32,000 nt of DNA from Caedibacter taeniospiralis (GTDB lineage Bacteria > Pseudomonadota > Gammaproteobacteria > Francisellales > Francisellaceae), in contig NZ_PGGB02000003.1 in NCBI RefSeq assembly GCF_002803295.2, positions 30,210-62,209 on the forward strand. Direction: 5' to 3'. The notes below the pieces were generated by a model. It was not told the DNA's origin. It saw only the letters and a program-made list of their open reading frames with translations, and searched no databases. Shown piece after piece: positions 1-9,649 of this stretch. Position numbers and translations under genes: made by a program. Every line of letters starts with the position of its first letter. The stretch's first letter is position 1.

Positions 1-324
1 AAGCTCCGACAGATCAAATGGCTTTGTTAAGTAATCATCTGCTCCTGAATCAAGACCTCGTACACGATCACCAACTGCATCTCGTGCGGTTAGTAATAAC
101 ACAGGCACTGCATTTCCCTTGGCACGAATGCTCCTTACAATGGCGATCCCATCTTTAGATGGCAAACCGATATCCATCACTACCGCATCATAAGGTTCAG
201 TATCTAAGGCAAGTTCAGCCATTTTTCCATCCTGCATTAAGTCTACAGCGTAGTTATGCTGTTTTAAACCTTCAACGATCCCCTCACCTAACATGACATC
301 ATCTTCAGCCACCAATATGCGCAT
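1..324 (-). CDS. OmpR/PhoB-family response regulator, N-terminal receiver domain only (3' part of the gene lies beyond the left window edge)
   Basis: My own reverse-strand translation from the ATG at 324-322 is open to position 1 (108 codons): MRILVAEDDVMLGEGIVEGLKQHNYAVDL...DAVVMDIGLPSKDGIAIVRSIR...VLLLTARD...GADDYLTKPFDLSEL. It has the acidic pocket (EDD), the phospho-acceptor D in VMDIGLP, T in LLTARD and K in TKPF. It is absent from the ORF track because it is truncated. Confidence 0.85.
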   Translation of the reverse strand, partial: MRILVAEDDVMLGEGIVEGLKQHNYAVDLMQDGKMAELALDTEPYDAVVMDIGLPSKDGIAIVRSIRAKGNAVPVLLLTARDAVGDRVRGLDSGADDYLTKPFDLSEL

Positions 325-373
325 TATTACTCCAATCTACTATGATTCTGCTCTATAAGCTAATAGCACTACC

Positions 374-1999
374 TTAAGCAATGTATGCCAACAACCCTTT
401 GGTTGAGCTGTCATAATTGTCATGAGAAAAAACACCCTTTTGCAAACTCTCTAAGATAGGCTTGCTTAACGCTTTTCCCAGCTCAACCCCCCATTGGTCA
501 AAACTATTAATCCCCCAAGTGACTCCTTGAACAAATATTTTATGCTCATACAAAGCGATCAACTCGCCCAGGGCATATGGCGTTAATTCATCCATAATGA
601 TGGTATTGCTTGGCTTGTTACCTGCAATGACCTTTTGTGCTGCCAATGTACTGATCTCATTTTCATTGACTCCAGCACTTTTTAATTCCTGCACAACAGA
701 TGCTAAGGTTTTGCCCTGCATCAATGCTTGAGATTGCGCTAAACAGTTTGCCAGTAACGCTTGTTGATGGTCTTTTAATCCGTGGTGTGGTTTCTTAATT
801 GCAATGAAATCAACGGGGATAGTAATATTGCCTTGATGCAGAAGTTGATGAAAAGCGTGCTGCCCATTGGTGCCAATACCACCCCATAACACAACCCCTG
901 TCTGCTCATGACTTAAAACCCCCTCTTTTTTACAAGACTTTCCATTGCTTTCCATGTCGGCTTGCTGTAAATAATCAACCAGGTAACGCAACCTATCATC
1001 ATAGGCTAAAATCGCCTGTGATTGCGTATGATAAAAGTTACTATACAAAATAGCGGTCATTGCCAAAATCACCGGCATGTTTTGTTTTAGTGGTGCCGTT
1101 TTAAAGTGTTCATCCATAGCATGCGCACCCTTTAGCAAGTCTTCAAAAGCACTATAACCCACGGCAAAAACAATCGCCATTCCGATGGAGGACCATAGTG
1201 AATATCGACCGCCAACCCAACCCCACATTTCAAAGCAGTTTTGCAAGTCAATCCCAAAAGCTTTTACTTTGTCTAATGCGCTTGAAACGGCAACAAAGTG
1301 TCTTGCAATCGCTTTTTCATCCCCGTAATAGTCCAAAAGCCAGCGCCGCGCTGTCATTGCATTCATGAGCGTTTCCTGTGTTGTAAATGATTTTGAGGCA
1401 ACGATAAACAGGGTTGTTTCAGGATTCACTTGATTTAAAACACTCAAAACAGACACTGCATCGACATTTGACACAAAATGCACACGTGTTTTATTAAGGT
1501 GATATGGTCGCAAGGCTTCAACTGCCATCTTGGGTCCCAAATCAGATCCCCCAATACCGATATTGACGACATCTGTTATTGTTTTACCCGAAAATCCACA
1601 CCAACGTCCCTCATGCACATCGTCCACTAACTGTTTAACACGCTGACGCTCCGATTCAATTTCAGATTTTACATTTGCGCCGTCAACACAGACTTCTTGA
1701 TGCGAAAAATCTCGCAAAGCCGTATGCAATACCGCACGATGTTCACTGCTATTAATTTTGTTGCCTGCAAACATTTTATCCCTTAGTTTTTCAACTTTTG
1801 CATCAATTGCTAAGGCAAAAAGTTCATGCAAAATATCCTCGGTTATTTTGTTCTTTGAGTAATCCAATAAAAGTGTTCCAACTTTCAAATGATATTTTTG
1901 AAAGCGCTGACTATCTTCATCAAATAGATTTTGAATGTGCAAATTTGAATATTTATTGATAAGTAAATCCTGCAATCTTTGTCTAATATGCTGATTCAT
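374..1999 (-). CDS. pgi: glucose-6-phosphate isomerase
   Basis: 541 aa. Motifs: [27 protein letters not shown], and the C-terminal [11 protein letters not shown] typical of PGI. Confidence 0.95.
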   Translation of the reverse strand: MNQHIRQRLQDLLINKYSNLHIQNLFDEDSQRFQKYHLKVGTLLLDYSKNKITEDILHELFALAIDAKVEKLRDKMFAGNKINSSEHRAVLHTALRDFSHQEVCVDGANVKSEIESERQRVKQLVDDVHEGRWCGFSGKTITDVVNIGIGGSDLGPKMAVEALRPYHLNKTRVHFVSNVDAVSVLSVLNQVNPETTLFIVASKSFTTQETLMNAMTARRWLLDYYGDEKAIARHFVAVSSALDKVKAFGIDLQNCFEMWGWVGGRYSLWSSIGMAIVFAVGYSAFEDLLKGAHAMDEHFKTAPLKQNMPVILAMTAILYSNFYHTQSQAILAYDDRLRYLVDYLQQADMESNGKSCKKEGVLSHEQTGVVLWGGIGTNGQHAFHQLLHQGNITIPVDFIAIKKPHHGLKDHQQALLANCLAQSQALMQGKTLASVVQELKSAGVNENEISTLAAQKVIAGNKPSNTIIMDELTPYALGELIALYEHKIFVQGVTWGINSFDQWGVELGKALSKPILESLQKGVFSHDNYDSSTKGLLAYIA

Positions 2000-2098
2000 G
2001 CTTTATTCCTTTTTCCTTTTAATCTGGTAATCTTTGCCAGCAAGGGTGCATTCAATATACCCCTACATTTATTCAAATAAAAAAATGGGCAGGCGTTT

Positions 2099-2824
2099 TT
2101 ACTCTTGCCATATGAGTCGACGTGCCGCACTTTGCTCTATATGCCAAACGAGTCTTCCCTCTTTCAAATTAACCATTTTGGCGGGATAGTCGATGGTGAT
2201 AGTTTCCCGATCAAATACCTTTTGCAACATATCTGCTTTTGACTCACCAGTCACCAAGAAGTCAATCTCCTTAGCATTGTTAATCACTTTGAGTGTCAAC
2301 GTGACTCGAGCTTGCTTTGACATGGGGTGAGTAGCTACTTCAACCCAACGATCAGAGGATAAGGAAACACCATTTACAAATAGCGAAGCCGTATGCCCGT
2401 CTTCCCCCATGCCTAGCCATAACCAATCGAATTCAGGAAGCATTTCTTTTAGTGGCAGTTTTTTTTTCAGCTGTTGCACATAGTTTATTGCTGCCTGATC
2501 AGGTGAGATTTCACTTTGTATGGGATGTAAATTCTCTCTTGGGATAGCAACATGCCGAAACAATAACCTGTCGGCTTCTCCAAAATTACTCTCCTTATCA
2601 TCAAAGCTCACACAGCGTTCATCACACCACCAAAAATGGAGCTTCCGCCAATTGATGTCGATATGTTGATTTGCTTGCGCTATTAATTCAAACACCGCCT
2701 TTGGTGTGCTGCCACCTGATAACCCAATATGGATGGCGTCTTTTTTTACCTGTGAAAAACGCACAAGTTTTTCCAGCATGGCATAGGTAATATCTTTGCT
2801 GTGTTGATAGATGATATACGACAT
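2099..2824 (-). CDS. pgl: 6-phosphogluconolactonase
   Basis: 241 aa. Motifs: GLSGGSTPK, WWCDERCV, GMGEDGHTASLF (DevB/Pgl family). Lies directly downstream of zwf. Confidence 0.9.
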   Translation of the reverse strand: MSYIIYQHSKDITYAMLEKLVRFSQVKKDAIHIGLSGGSTPKAVFELIAQANQHIDINWRKLHFWWCDERCVSFDDKESNFGEADRLLFRHVAIPRENLHPIQSEISPDQAAINYVQQLKKKLPLKEMLPEFDWLWLGMGEDGHTASLFVNGVSLSSDRWVEVATHPMSKQARVTLTLKVINNAKEIDFLVTGESKADMLQKVFDRETITIDYPAKMVNLKEGRLVWHIEQSAARRLIWQE

Positions 2825-2831
2825 TTTAACC

Positions 2832-4358
2832 TCAGGTATTTTTGTCTTTTTTATTTTGTTTAAAAACAGAGGATGGATTACGCCAGGCGTGCCCGAGCTC
2901 TGCTAGCATTTTATCCGATTCAAGCGGACCGAAAGAGCCACTGGGATAAAAGCTGAGCATGGTTTTGCCATTTTTATGCAGGTAGTGGATGATAGGGTCA
3001 ATGATATTCCAGCAGGCTTCTACAGCATCATTTCTGGCAAATAAGGTATTATCTCCCTGAAGTGCATCCAAAATTAAACGTTCATAAGCCGTTGGCATTT
3101 CTTTTTGCGCAAAATCTGAATAATAAAATCCCATATCTACTTCATGCGTTTTAAATCCGCTTCCTGGTTCTTTCGCCGCGAAACTCAACTTGATTCCCTC
3201 ATCTGGTTGTATACGAATCACCAGCTGATTTTTAAATTTACTAATCTTTTGTACTTGCGAGAAAAAAGGATGGGGTGTTGGCTTAAAGTTAATAACCACT
3301 TCTGAAACTCGCTGGTTTAAGCGCTTACCTGTACGCACATAAAAAGGTACATCATGCCAACGCCAATTATCGATAAAAAAGCGGATTGCCGCATACGTCT
3401 CGGTCGTGGAGCTTTTGGCAACGCCTTGCTCATCTTTATAGGCGCCCTTAATCACACCTTTAACACAGCCCTCCTGGTATTGACCAACCACCACATTTTG
3501 CCTGATATCCTCTGCAGATTTAAATCGCCGAATCGATTGAAATACTTTTAAGGTTTCATTGCGGATTGAATAAGCGTCCATCTTAGCAGGCGGTTCCATC
3601 GCGACAATTCCCAGAAGCTGGAGCAAATGATTTTGGATCATATCACGAATTGCGCCATTTTGATCATAATATCCCGCACGAGACCCAAGTCCAATCTCCT
3701 CATTCGTATAAATCTGCACATTGTCAATGTGAGCTGCATTCCACAGGGGCTCAAAAATGGCATTCGCAAAGCGAAACACCAAAAGATTTTGAACCGTCTC
3801 TTTGCCGAGGTAATGGTCAATCCTAAACAGTTGTGATTCACGATAGTTCCTCAACAAGTGACTATTTAATGCACAGGCGCTTTCCTCGTCAGTTCCAAAT
3901 GGCTTTTCGATGATGATGCGCTTATATCCGCCACTTTCATCACTTAATCCCAGGTTTGCCAAATGTACTGGAATTTCGTAGTAAAGACTTGGTGGGGTAG
4001 ACAGATAGAATAAAAAGTTATGTTGAAGCTCGTGCACCTTGCACAGAAGCTGTAAGCGCTTATGAAGAGACCTATACCCATCATCCGTATAGACATCAAT
4101 TTCTTGATAAAAAACCTGTTTTAAAAACTTCTCAATGGCTTTTTTATCTTTCGGATATTCCTCTGATAGCGTTTCCTGCATTTTTTGACGAAAACTTTCA
4201 TCGCTAAAGGCAGTCCGAGAAACGCCCAAAATAATGTTGTTTTTGCTTAGGTCTTTTTGTTGATAAAGACTGAAAATTGCAGGCATTAGCTTTCGTGCCG
4301 TGAGATCCCCTGACGCACCAAAAATAACAATAATTCCTTTTGCTAGCTTCTTTTGCAT
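2832..4358 (-). CDS. zwf: glucose-6-phosphate 1-dehydrogenase
   Basis: 508 aa. NADP-binding motif FGASGDLTARKL, EKPFG, and active-site RIDHYLGKE. Confidence 0.95.
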   Translation of the reverse strand: MQKKLAKGIIVIFGASGDLTARKLMPAIFSLYQQKDLSKNNIILGVSRTAFSDESFRQKMQETLSEEYPKDKKAIEKFLKQVFYQEIDVYTDDGYRSLHKRLQLLCKVHELQHNFLFYLSTPPSLYYEIPVHLANLGLSDESGGYKRIIIEKPFGTDEESACALNSHLLRNYRESQLFRIDHYLGKETVQNLLVFRFANAIFEPLWNAAHIDNVQIYTNEEIGLGSRAGYYDQNGAIRDMIQNHLLQLLGIVAMEPPAKMDAYSIRNETLKVFQSIRRFKSAEDIRQNVVVGQYQEGCVKGVIKGAYKDEQGVAKSSTTETYAAIRFFIDNWRWHDVPFYVRTGKRLNQRVSEVVINFKPTPHPFFSQVQKISKFKNQLVIRIQPDEGIKLSFAAKEPGSGFKTHEVDMGFYYSDFAQKEMPTAYERLILDALQGDNTLFARNDAVEACWNIIDPIIHYLHKNGKTMLSFYPSGSFGPLESDKMLAELGHAWRNPSSVFKQNKKDKNT

Positions 4359-4501
4359 TAAGCTTCTCTAAGTAATGGTCAAACGCCGTCATTTATATCA
4401 TTTTTTGCTAATAAGTTCACGTGCTAAATGCTAAAGTTTTTCGACACTATCGCACCACCTGTGTTAGCATAAGCCAAAGTGATTTTGCTACCTATGATTT
4501 A

Positions 4502-4738
4502 ATGACTGACAAAGAAAAAGAGATAGAACGTCAAGCCAATATGACGCATAAAGAATTGTTCAAACTCAATGGCGCAAAAGCTGCCGTGCGTTCGTTAATC
4601 TTTATTTTAATTTTTGCTGTATTTTTGTACGCACTAACAGGTGATATGCTATCCCCTGAACTTGCGGTGATTTTCTTCTTGATAGATGCAAGCGTAAATA
4701 CATTTCGCCATAAGTGGTTTAAATCACTGAGGAAGTAA
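4502..4738 (+). CDS. hypothetical small membrane protein (78 aa from the internal ATG; the ORF track starts at GTG 4421)
   Basis: The ORF has a charged N-terminus (MTDKEKEIERQ) followed by hydrophobic stretches LIFILIFAVFLYAL and AVIFFLI. It fills the zwf-ppa gap and ends one base before the ppa stop. I see no recognisable family and no clear SD. Confidence 0.35.
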   Translation: MTDKEKEIERQANMTHKELFKLNGAKAAVRSLIFILIFAVFLYALTGDMLSPELAVIFFLIDASVNTFRHKWFKSLRK

Positions 4739-5263
4739 TTATGCTTTGTAACGCGCAACACTGGCTTGAATATCCGCCTTAGCAGCTTTTGAGCCTTCAA
4801 AACCGTCAACCTTTACCCATTTATTCGGTTCAAGATCCTTATAGTGTTCAAAGAAATGTTTGATTTGATCTAAAAGTAACTTAGGCAAATCGTTAATCTC
4901 CTTGACATGTTCATAGATTTTGGTCAATTTACTCGTGGGAACTGCAATAATTTTGGCATCAACTCCTGACTCATCGGTCATCTTTAGCACACCAACAGGA
5001 CGACAGTTGATAATGACACCTGGTCTTAAGGCAACAGGGGCTACCACCAGGACATCAACAGGATCTCCATCCTCGGATAATGTGTTTGGGACAAAACCAT
5101 AATTGCAAGGATATTGCATTGTTGTCGCCATGAAGCGATCAACCACCAGCATGTTGGCTTCTTTATCAAACTCATATTTTACAGGTTCATTATTCGCGGG
5201 AATTTCAATCACCACATTGATGTCATTTGGCACATCTTTGCCTACTTTTATATTTGAAATCAT
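4739..5263 (-). CDS. ppa: inorganic pyrophosphatase (family I)
   Basis: 174 aa. Motifs: [22 protein letters not shown], typical of soluble PPase. Confidence 0.95.
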   Translation of the reverse strand: MISNIKVGKDVPNDINVVIEIPANNEPVKYEFDKEANMLVVDRFMATTMQYPCNYGFVPNTLSEDGDPVDVLVVAPVALRPGVIINCRPVGVLKMTDESGVDAKIIAVPTSKLTKIYEHVKEINDLPKLLLDQIKHFFEHYKDLEPNKWVKVDGFEGSKAAKADIQASVARYKA

Positions 5264-5320
5264 ATTGATCCTTGATTTATTTCATTTCTGGTTAGCATAA
5301 CTGGGTTATTCTCTTGTATT

Positions 5321-5329
5321 TGCTATAAT
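5321..5329 (+). promoter_or_regulatory. candidate extended -10 promoter element TGCTATAAT upstream of the TauE-like gene
   Basis: TGnTATAAT matches the extended -10 consensus perfectly and lies 32 nt upstream of the ATG at 5362. No good -35 is present. In AT-rich DNA this could arise by chance. Confidence 0.3.
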
Positions 5330-5361
5330 TATTCAACTTTTTAATCAGCAAATAGACTATT

Positions 5362-6162
5362 ATGATTTTCTTACTTTTATTACTTGTTTTATCTGGCTGC
5401 CTTACAGGATTTTTGGCAGGACTTCTTGGAATTGGTGGTGGCATTATTATCGTACCCGTGCTTGCTTTTGTATTTCATCAGTTACCGCAAACAGCCGATG
5501 CGTATATGCAGTTTGCTGCGGGCACCTCGCTTGGCATTATGATTTTTACTGCCATCTCTTCGCTGCCGCACAAGCTACGAAAAAGAGAAATTAATGTTGA
5601 TATTGCCAAGAAAATGCTTCCCTGGATCATTGCCATGAACATAGCAGGCGCCATCATCGCGCATTTGTTAAATCCACGACTATTGGGATTACTATTTGCC
5701 TTACTCATGCTTTTCATGTTTTTGCATATGCTGCTACAAAAAGATAAAAAAACAGATGAGCCAAAACGTAGTGGTCAACGTAAAAGTGCCCTATGGGGAA
5801 GCATAGTGGGTATTAAATCAGGCTTCTTTGGAATTGGAGGTGGCATTATCACCATCCCGTACATTAATTCTCTGGGCTATTCCATTCGTATTGCCATTGG
5901 CACATCCAGTCTTTTTACCTTTATTATTGCTGTTACAGGAAGTGTGTGTTTCATCATCACAGGTTATCTAAACGAGCTCCATATTGCATGGAGCCTAGGT
6001 TACCTGTATCTTCCTGCCATTTTATGCGTTGCCCCAACCAGTATGATCTTTTCCAAGCTTGGTGCAAGCCTGTCAAGTAAAGCACCAACGCGACTGCTCA
6101 AAAGTATCTTTCTTATTATTTTGCTTATCGTTGCCATCAAAATGTTGATTCTTGCCATCTAA
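5362..6162 (+). CDS. TSUP/TauE-SafE family anion (sulfite-type) exporter permease
   Basis: 266 aa polytopic membrane protein. It has the duplicated family signature GIGGGIIIVPVL (N-terminal half) and GIGGGIITIPY (C-terminal half). Confidence 0.8.
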   Translation: MIFLLLLLVLSGCLTGFLAGLLGIGGGIIIVPVLAFVFHQLPQTADAYMQFAAGTSLGIMIFTAISSLPHKLRKREINVDIAKKMLPWIIAMNIAGAIIAHLLNPRLLGLLFALLMLFMFLHMLLQKDKKTDEPKRSGQRKSALWGSIVGIKSGFFGIGGGIITIPYINSLGYSIRIAIGTSSLFTFIIAVTGSVCFIITGYLNELHIAWSLGYLYLPAILCVAPTSMIFSKLGASLSSKAPTRLLKSIFLIILLIVAIKMLILAI

Positions 6163-6435
6163 ATGTATACCACTCTAACGTTGATCAGGTAAATATTCGC
6201 AAAATAATTTACGAGTGGTATAGAGCTACCGATTGATCAGCTTTCCCTATCATGACAATAAGCAATATCTCAACAGCTTATTTTGCCATAACTGACTTAT
6301 TACCCTATGATGCTCTGATGATTTTTATTCTCATTTCACTTTAAAGGAAATTACTTACATGGCAGGGCAGAACCGCAACCAATATCAATCGGGTCATGAC
6401 CACCGCAGTAATCACCGATAAAACTACGCGAACGT

Positions 6436-6467
6436 CAACTACTATCTGCTAAAGCAGATAGTAGTTG
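6436..6467. terminator. perfect 14-bp stem hairpin (CAACTACTATCTGC-TAAA-GCAGATAGTAGTTG), a possible terminator in the convergent gap
   Basis: Read directly. On the + strand it is followed by ATAGTTTTAC (short T run). It lies 48 nt downstream of the GDSL gene stop and 15 nt downstream of a 20-codon + strand ORF. The T tract is weak on both strands. Confidence 0.35.
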
Positions 6468-6514
6468 ATAGTTTTACACAGGCAGCTTTTCCAGATATTG
6501 TGGCTTACACAAAA

Positions 6515-7390
6515 TTAAAGCGGATAAATCAGATTAAAAATCTTCTCAGCCAGTATTTTCTGTGCCTTTGTGGTGGGATGAACATAATCCCAAAATAGAT
6601 GCGTCTGTGGATTACACTCAATGGGAATATCCTGTTGGATCTCGCCATTTTGATCCACCCCACCGAAACTTTTCACGCACGCGTCTGTTGCATTTTCAAA
6701 GCCAAATGCCATGGGAGATTCCAAGGCTTCATGCAAGAAGCTATACGCATCAAGTACTTGAATTCTAAGATGTGGATACTTTCGCTGTAACACGGTAATG
6801 CCATCACTTAATCGCTTGTTTTGTCTTACAATGTTGTTTTTAATGTATTTTTTCAAATACTTGATCATAAGCCTTGGGAAGGGGGAGACTTCATAAGCGG
6901 GGGATAGCGTCACATCTGGGACATTCCAGACGATAATATCTCTAGCCCCTAACTTAATCATGCGATCAATACTGCTTAATAAGTCATTGGCAACACGATA
7001 GACTGCAGGCAGATTTAAAAAAGGTTTTTCATCATGAATAGCAAACAAAAAATTATTACCGCCCCCATTGATCATGACTAAGGCATCCCTGTTAAATCTC
7101 CCTCTTTCAGCCACATAGCGATCAATTTGTACTTGCAGTGAAAATGCATGATCTGTCAGCATTGATTTTGGATTTTTACCACTGGTGCACGCCCCACCAA
7201 TAGCGTAGTTATAAAGCATCGGCTTAGCTGCTTCTTTAGCTTTAATCATATCTACTAAATATTCGCAAGCCACAAATCCATCACAAAAGCGCCCATGATC
7301 ATAAGGCACTCCAGGAATATCCAAGGTTTTCATTAAGTTTCCATTATCTTGTAAGCTATCACCAAACACGACAATACTACCAACAGTCAT
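6515..7390 (-). CDS. GDSL/SGNH-family lipase or acylhydrolase, no N-terminal signal peptide
   Basis: 291 aa. Block I VVFGDSLQDNGN sits at residues 7-18, with GRFCDG, block III INGGGNNF and block V FWDYVHPT (DxxH). The start overlaps the upstream GATase gene by 14 nt. Confidence 0.85.
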   Translation of the reverse strand: MTVGSIVVFGDSLQDNGNLMKTLDIPGVPYDHGRFCDGFVACEYLVDMIKAKEAAKPMLYNYAIGGACTSGKNPKSMLTDHAFSLQVQIDRYVAERGRFNRDALVMINGGGNNFLFAIHDEKPFLNLPAVYRVANDLLSSIDRMIKLGARDIIVWNVPDVTLSPAYEVSPFPRLMIKYLKKYIKNNIVRQNKRLSDGITVLQRKYPHLRIQVLDAYSFLHEALESPMAFGFENATDACVKSFGGVDQNGEIQQDIPIECNPQTHLFWDYVHPTTKAQKILAEKIFNLIYPL

Positions 7391-8096
7391 CTTTCACTCC
7401 TTCGTAAAAATTTACCATCCACTGCGCCACCACCCTACCGTGATCGCGCATTCTAAGACTATCCATACCTGATTCAAAACAGTGCGATAGTGTTTCTTTT
7501 TGCTCCTTTATCAATAAGTGATTATGTGCGCGCAACATCTCAGGGTGTGCCTGCATTCCCCAGATTTGATCACCAATCACAAACATTTGCACAGGACAAA
7601 AAGTATTCGTCGCGATCAATTTAGCATTCTTGGGTAACTCAACGACTTGATCCTGATGATAAAACGTTAGACTCAAGTGATCATGATAAGGGCACATCCA
7701 CTCCAGTTTTTCAAGTATTTTAATACACTGCACACCAACCCCCCAACCTTTGATAGAGCGCTCCACTCGCCCGCCTAAAGCCTGGGCTAATATTTGATGA
7801 CCAAAGCAAATACCAATGATTTTTTTCTTAAGCTGATATAGCGTTTTTATTTTATCCTCTAAGATACAAATCCAATCCAAACGCTCAAAGGTAGTCGCCT
7901 TACTGCCTGTAATAATGTATTTCTCATAGCAATTTAAATCATCAGGGTATTCACCCACGGTGACATCAAACACATCGATATCAACAATGGTAAATACTTT
8001 CAAGAAAAGATTGGCAAACATATCAGGATAATTCCCCCCAGAGATACAGCGTCTATACTCTGGAACATGATCCGCTTGCAGTAAAGCAATCTTCAT
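7377..8096 (-). CDS. class I glutamine amidotransferase (GuaA-N-like GATase1 domain protein)
   Basis: 239 aa. Nucleophile elbow GICFGHQILAQALGG and a downstream QAHPE His-Glu motif. Confidence 0.8.
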   Translation of the reverse strand: MKIALLQADHVPEYRRCISGGNYPDMFANLFLKVFTIVDIDVFDVTVGEYPDDLNCYEKYIITGSKATTFERLDWICILEDKIKTLYQLKKKIIGICFGHQILAQALGGRVERSIKGWGVGVQCIKILEKLEWMCPYHDHLSLTFYHQDQVVELPKNAKLIATNTFCPVQMFVIGDQIWGMQAHPEMLRAHNHLLIKEQKETLSHCFESGMDSLRMRDHGRVVAQWMVNFYEGVKDDCW

Positions 8097-8105
8097 TAAT
8101 GCCTC

Positions 8106-9011
8106 TTAAATCATCTCTTTTAATTGCAACAATGCTGCTTTTGATAACTTAAAGGTATACAGCTTACTGCCATGCTCTTTATTGGTTTTAAAGCCGATCA
8201 GACCATCATCCAGATTCAAAATCTCGTCAATCCCAACAAAAGTTTCTCTTATGCTCTGATCTTCCTTTTTCTGCCATGTTTCCTTGGCGCGAGTAATGGC
8301 TTGTCGGTAAGAGCCGTGCACTTTGTTCTCACGCACTCTTTGGATAAACTGATTGGCAAGCTGAGGCAATTCATCTTCGAGCTTTTTAAGCTCATACAGC
8401 GTTCTGACATCTTCGATAAAACCATCATCAGTTAGCGCGCGAATCGCGGCTGATGACTTGGCTAACTTTAAGCGCAATGAGACCCAGCTTGGGTCTCTTC
8501 CCAATGAGTGAGCAACATCAGCTTTATTCATTTTGCGTTTCATCACAAGCTCCGTTAAAGCGTCTGCTTCTTCAAAAGGCGACACTTTTTCACGCTGTTC
8601 ATTTTCAAGTAGCTGAATGATTAAAATGTCGTTATCCGCTTCATCACGCACAATGCAAGGAATGCTTGTAAGTCGAAGCTGTTTAGCAGCTCTAAACCGA
8701 CGCTCTCCCGCAATAATATGATAAAAACCATCACCTTTTTTAGGCGTCACAATAATCGGCTGAATTATCCCTCTTTCTACAATACTTTGCGCGAGCATAT
8801 CAATATTCTTGAATACCTTGCGTGGTTGACTGGGATCTGGTAAAAGATCTGCCAGGCTCAAGGCAAGCAAACGTCCTGATTGGGTCGCATCTTGATTTAA
8901 AGCATCAAGTTTTAACGCCAAAAGTGTTTCTTTTTTGCTTTCAGCACTGCCATCTTGACTGCCCAACTCGTGAACACGCTTACGATTTGCTAAGGATACT
9001 TTGGCATTCAT
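8106..9011 (-). CDS. parB: ParB/KorB-like partition or DNA-binding protein
   Basis: 301 aa. ParB N-terminal domain motifs LLPDPSQPRK, IQPIIV, IIAGERRFRAAK, then a helix-turn-helix-like stretch (KADVAHSLGRDPSWVSLRL). The start shares an ATGA overlap with the parA stop (9008-9011). Confidence 0.8.
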   Translation of the reverse strand: MNAKVSLANRKRVHELGSQDGSAESKKETLLALKLDALNQDATQSGRLLALSLADLLPDPSQPRKVFKNIDMLAQSIVERGIIQPIIVTPKKGDGFYHIIAGERRFRAAKQLRLTSIPCIVRDEADNDILIIQLLENEQREKVSPFEEADALTELVMKRKMNKADVAHSLGRDPSWVSLRLKLAKSSAAIRALTDDGFIEDVRTLYELKKLEDELPQLANQFIQRVRENKVHGSYRQAITRAKETWQKKEDQSIRETFVGIDEILNLDDGLIGFKTNKEHGSKLYTFKLSKAALLQLKEMI

Positions 9012-9649
9012 GCAGTCACTCCTGCAAAGGATGCAACAATTTCTTTTGCCAGGCGCCTGACCTGGACATGTACATTGCTCTCAGGTGCGTAATCACCGAT
9101 ATACATCCCAGAGGCTTCGGCCTCGACAAATTTCACACTTTGTGGGATATAGGTACTAAATGACTTCCCTTCTTCCTCTAAAACATTTAACAGGCTTCGT
9201 GACATGTTTGACCCTTTGATTACTCTATTTGCCAAGAGCTTATAAGGACGATCCGCCGTAAGTGCTAAATCTTTGGCTTCTAACAAACCTGACAAATCCA
9301 TGCCGCTTGGAGCGGCGGGGATAATCACCAAATCGGCCAGTAAGGCAGCTTTGAGCGCTGCGGTTTGAAAATTAGGTGGGGTATCAATAACAATATAATC
9401 CACTTTGGATTTGATCTCAGATATCGCTTCTCTGGCATGTTTTTCATCTACTTGGATGACATAATCTATGGAATTTTCATTCTTTGCCGCCCACGACCAG
9501 GCATCAGGCTTGTCTTTATCCATATCGATCACGATGACTGAGTGCCCCAACTCCTTCAATCCGCCATAAATATTCATTGCCGTGGTTGTTTTCCCCGAAC
9601 CCCCTTTTTGCTGCAAAAGAGCAATTACCTTCGCTGTTTTCATTATCAA
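9008..9649 (-). CDS. parA: small ParA/Soj-family partition ATPase (type Ib-like, no N-terminal HTH)
   Basis: 213 aa. Deviant Walker A QQKGGSGKTTTA, and VIDTPP (Walker B region). Confidence 0.85.
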   Translation of the reverse strand: MIMKTAKVIALLQQKGGSGKTTTAMNIYGGLKELGHSVIVIDMDKDKPDAWSWAAKNENSIDYVIQVDEKHAREAISEIKSKVDYIVIDTPPNFQTAALKAALLADLVIIPAAPSGMDLSGLLEAKDLALTADRPYKLLANRVIKGSNMSRSLLNVLEEEGKSFSTYIPQSVKFVEAEASGMYIGDYAPESNVHVQVRRLAKEIVASFAGVTA

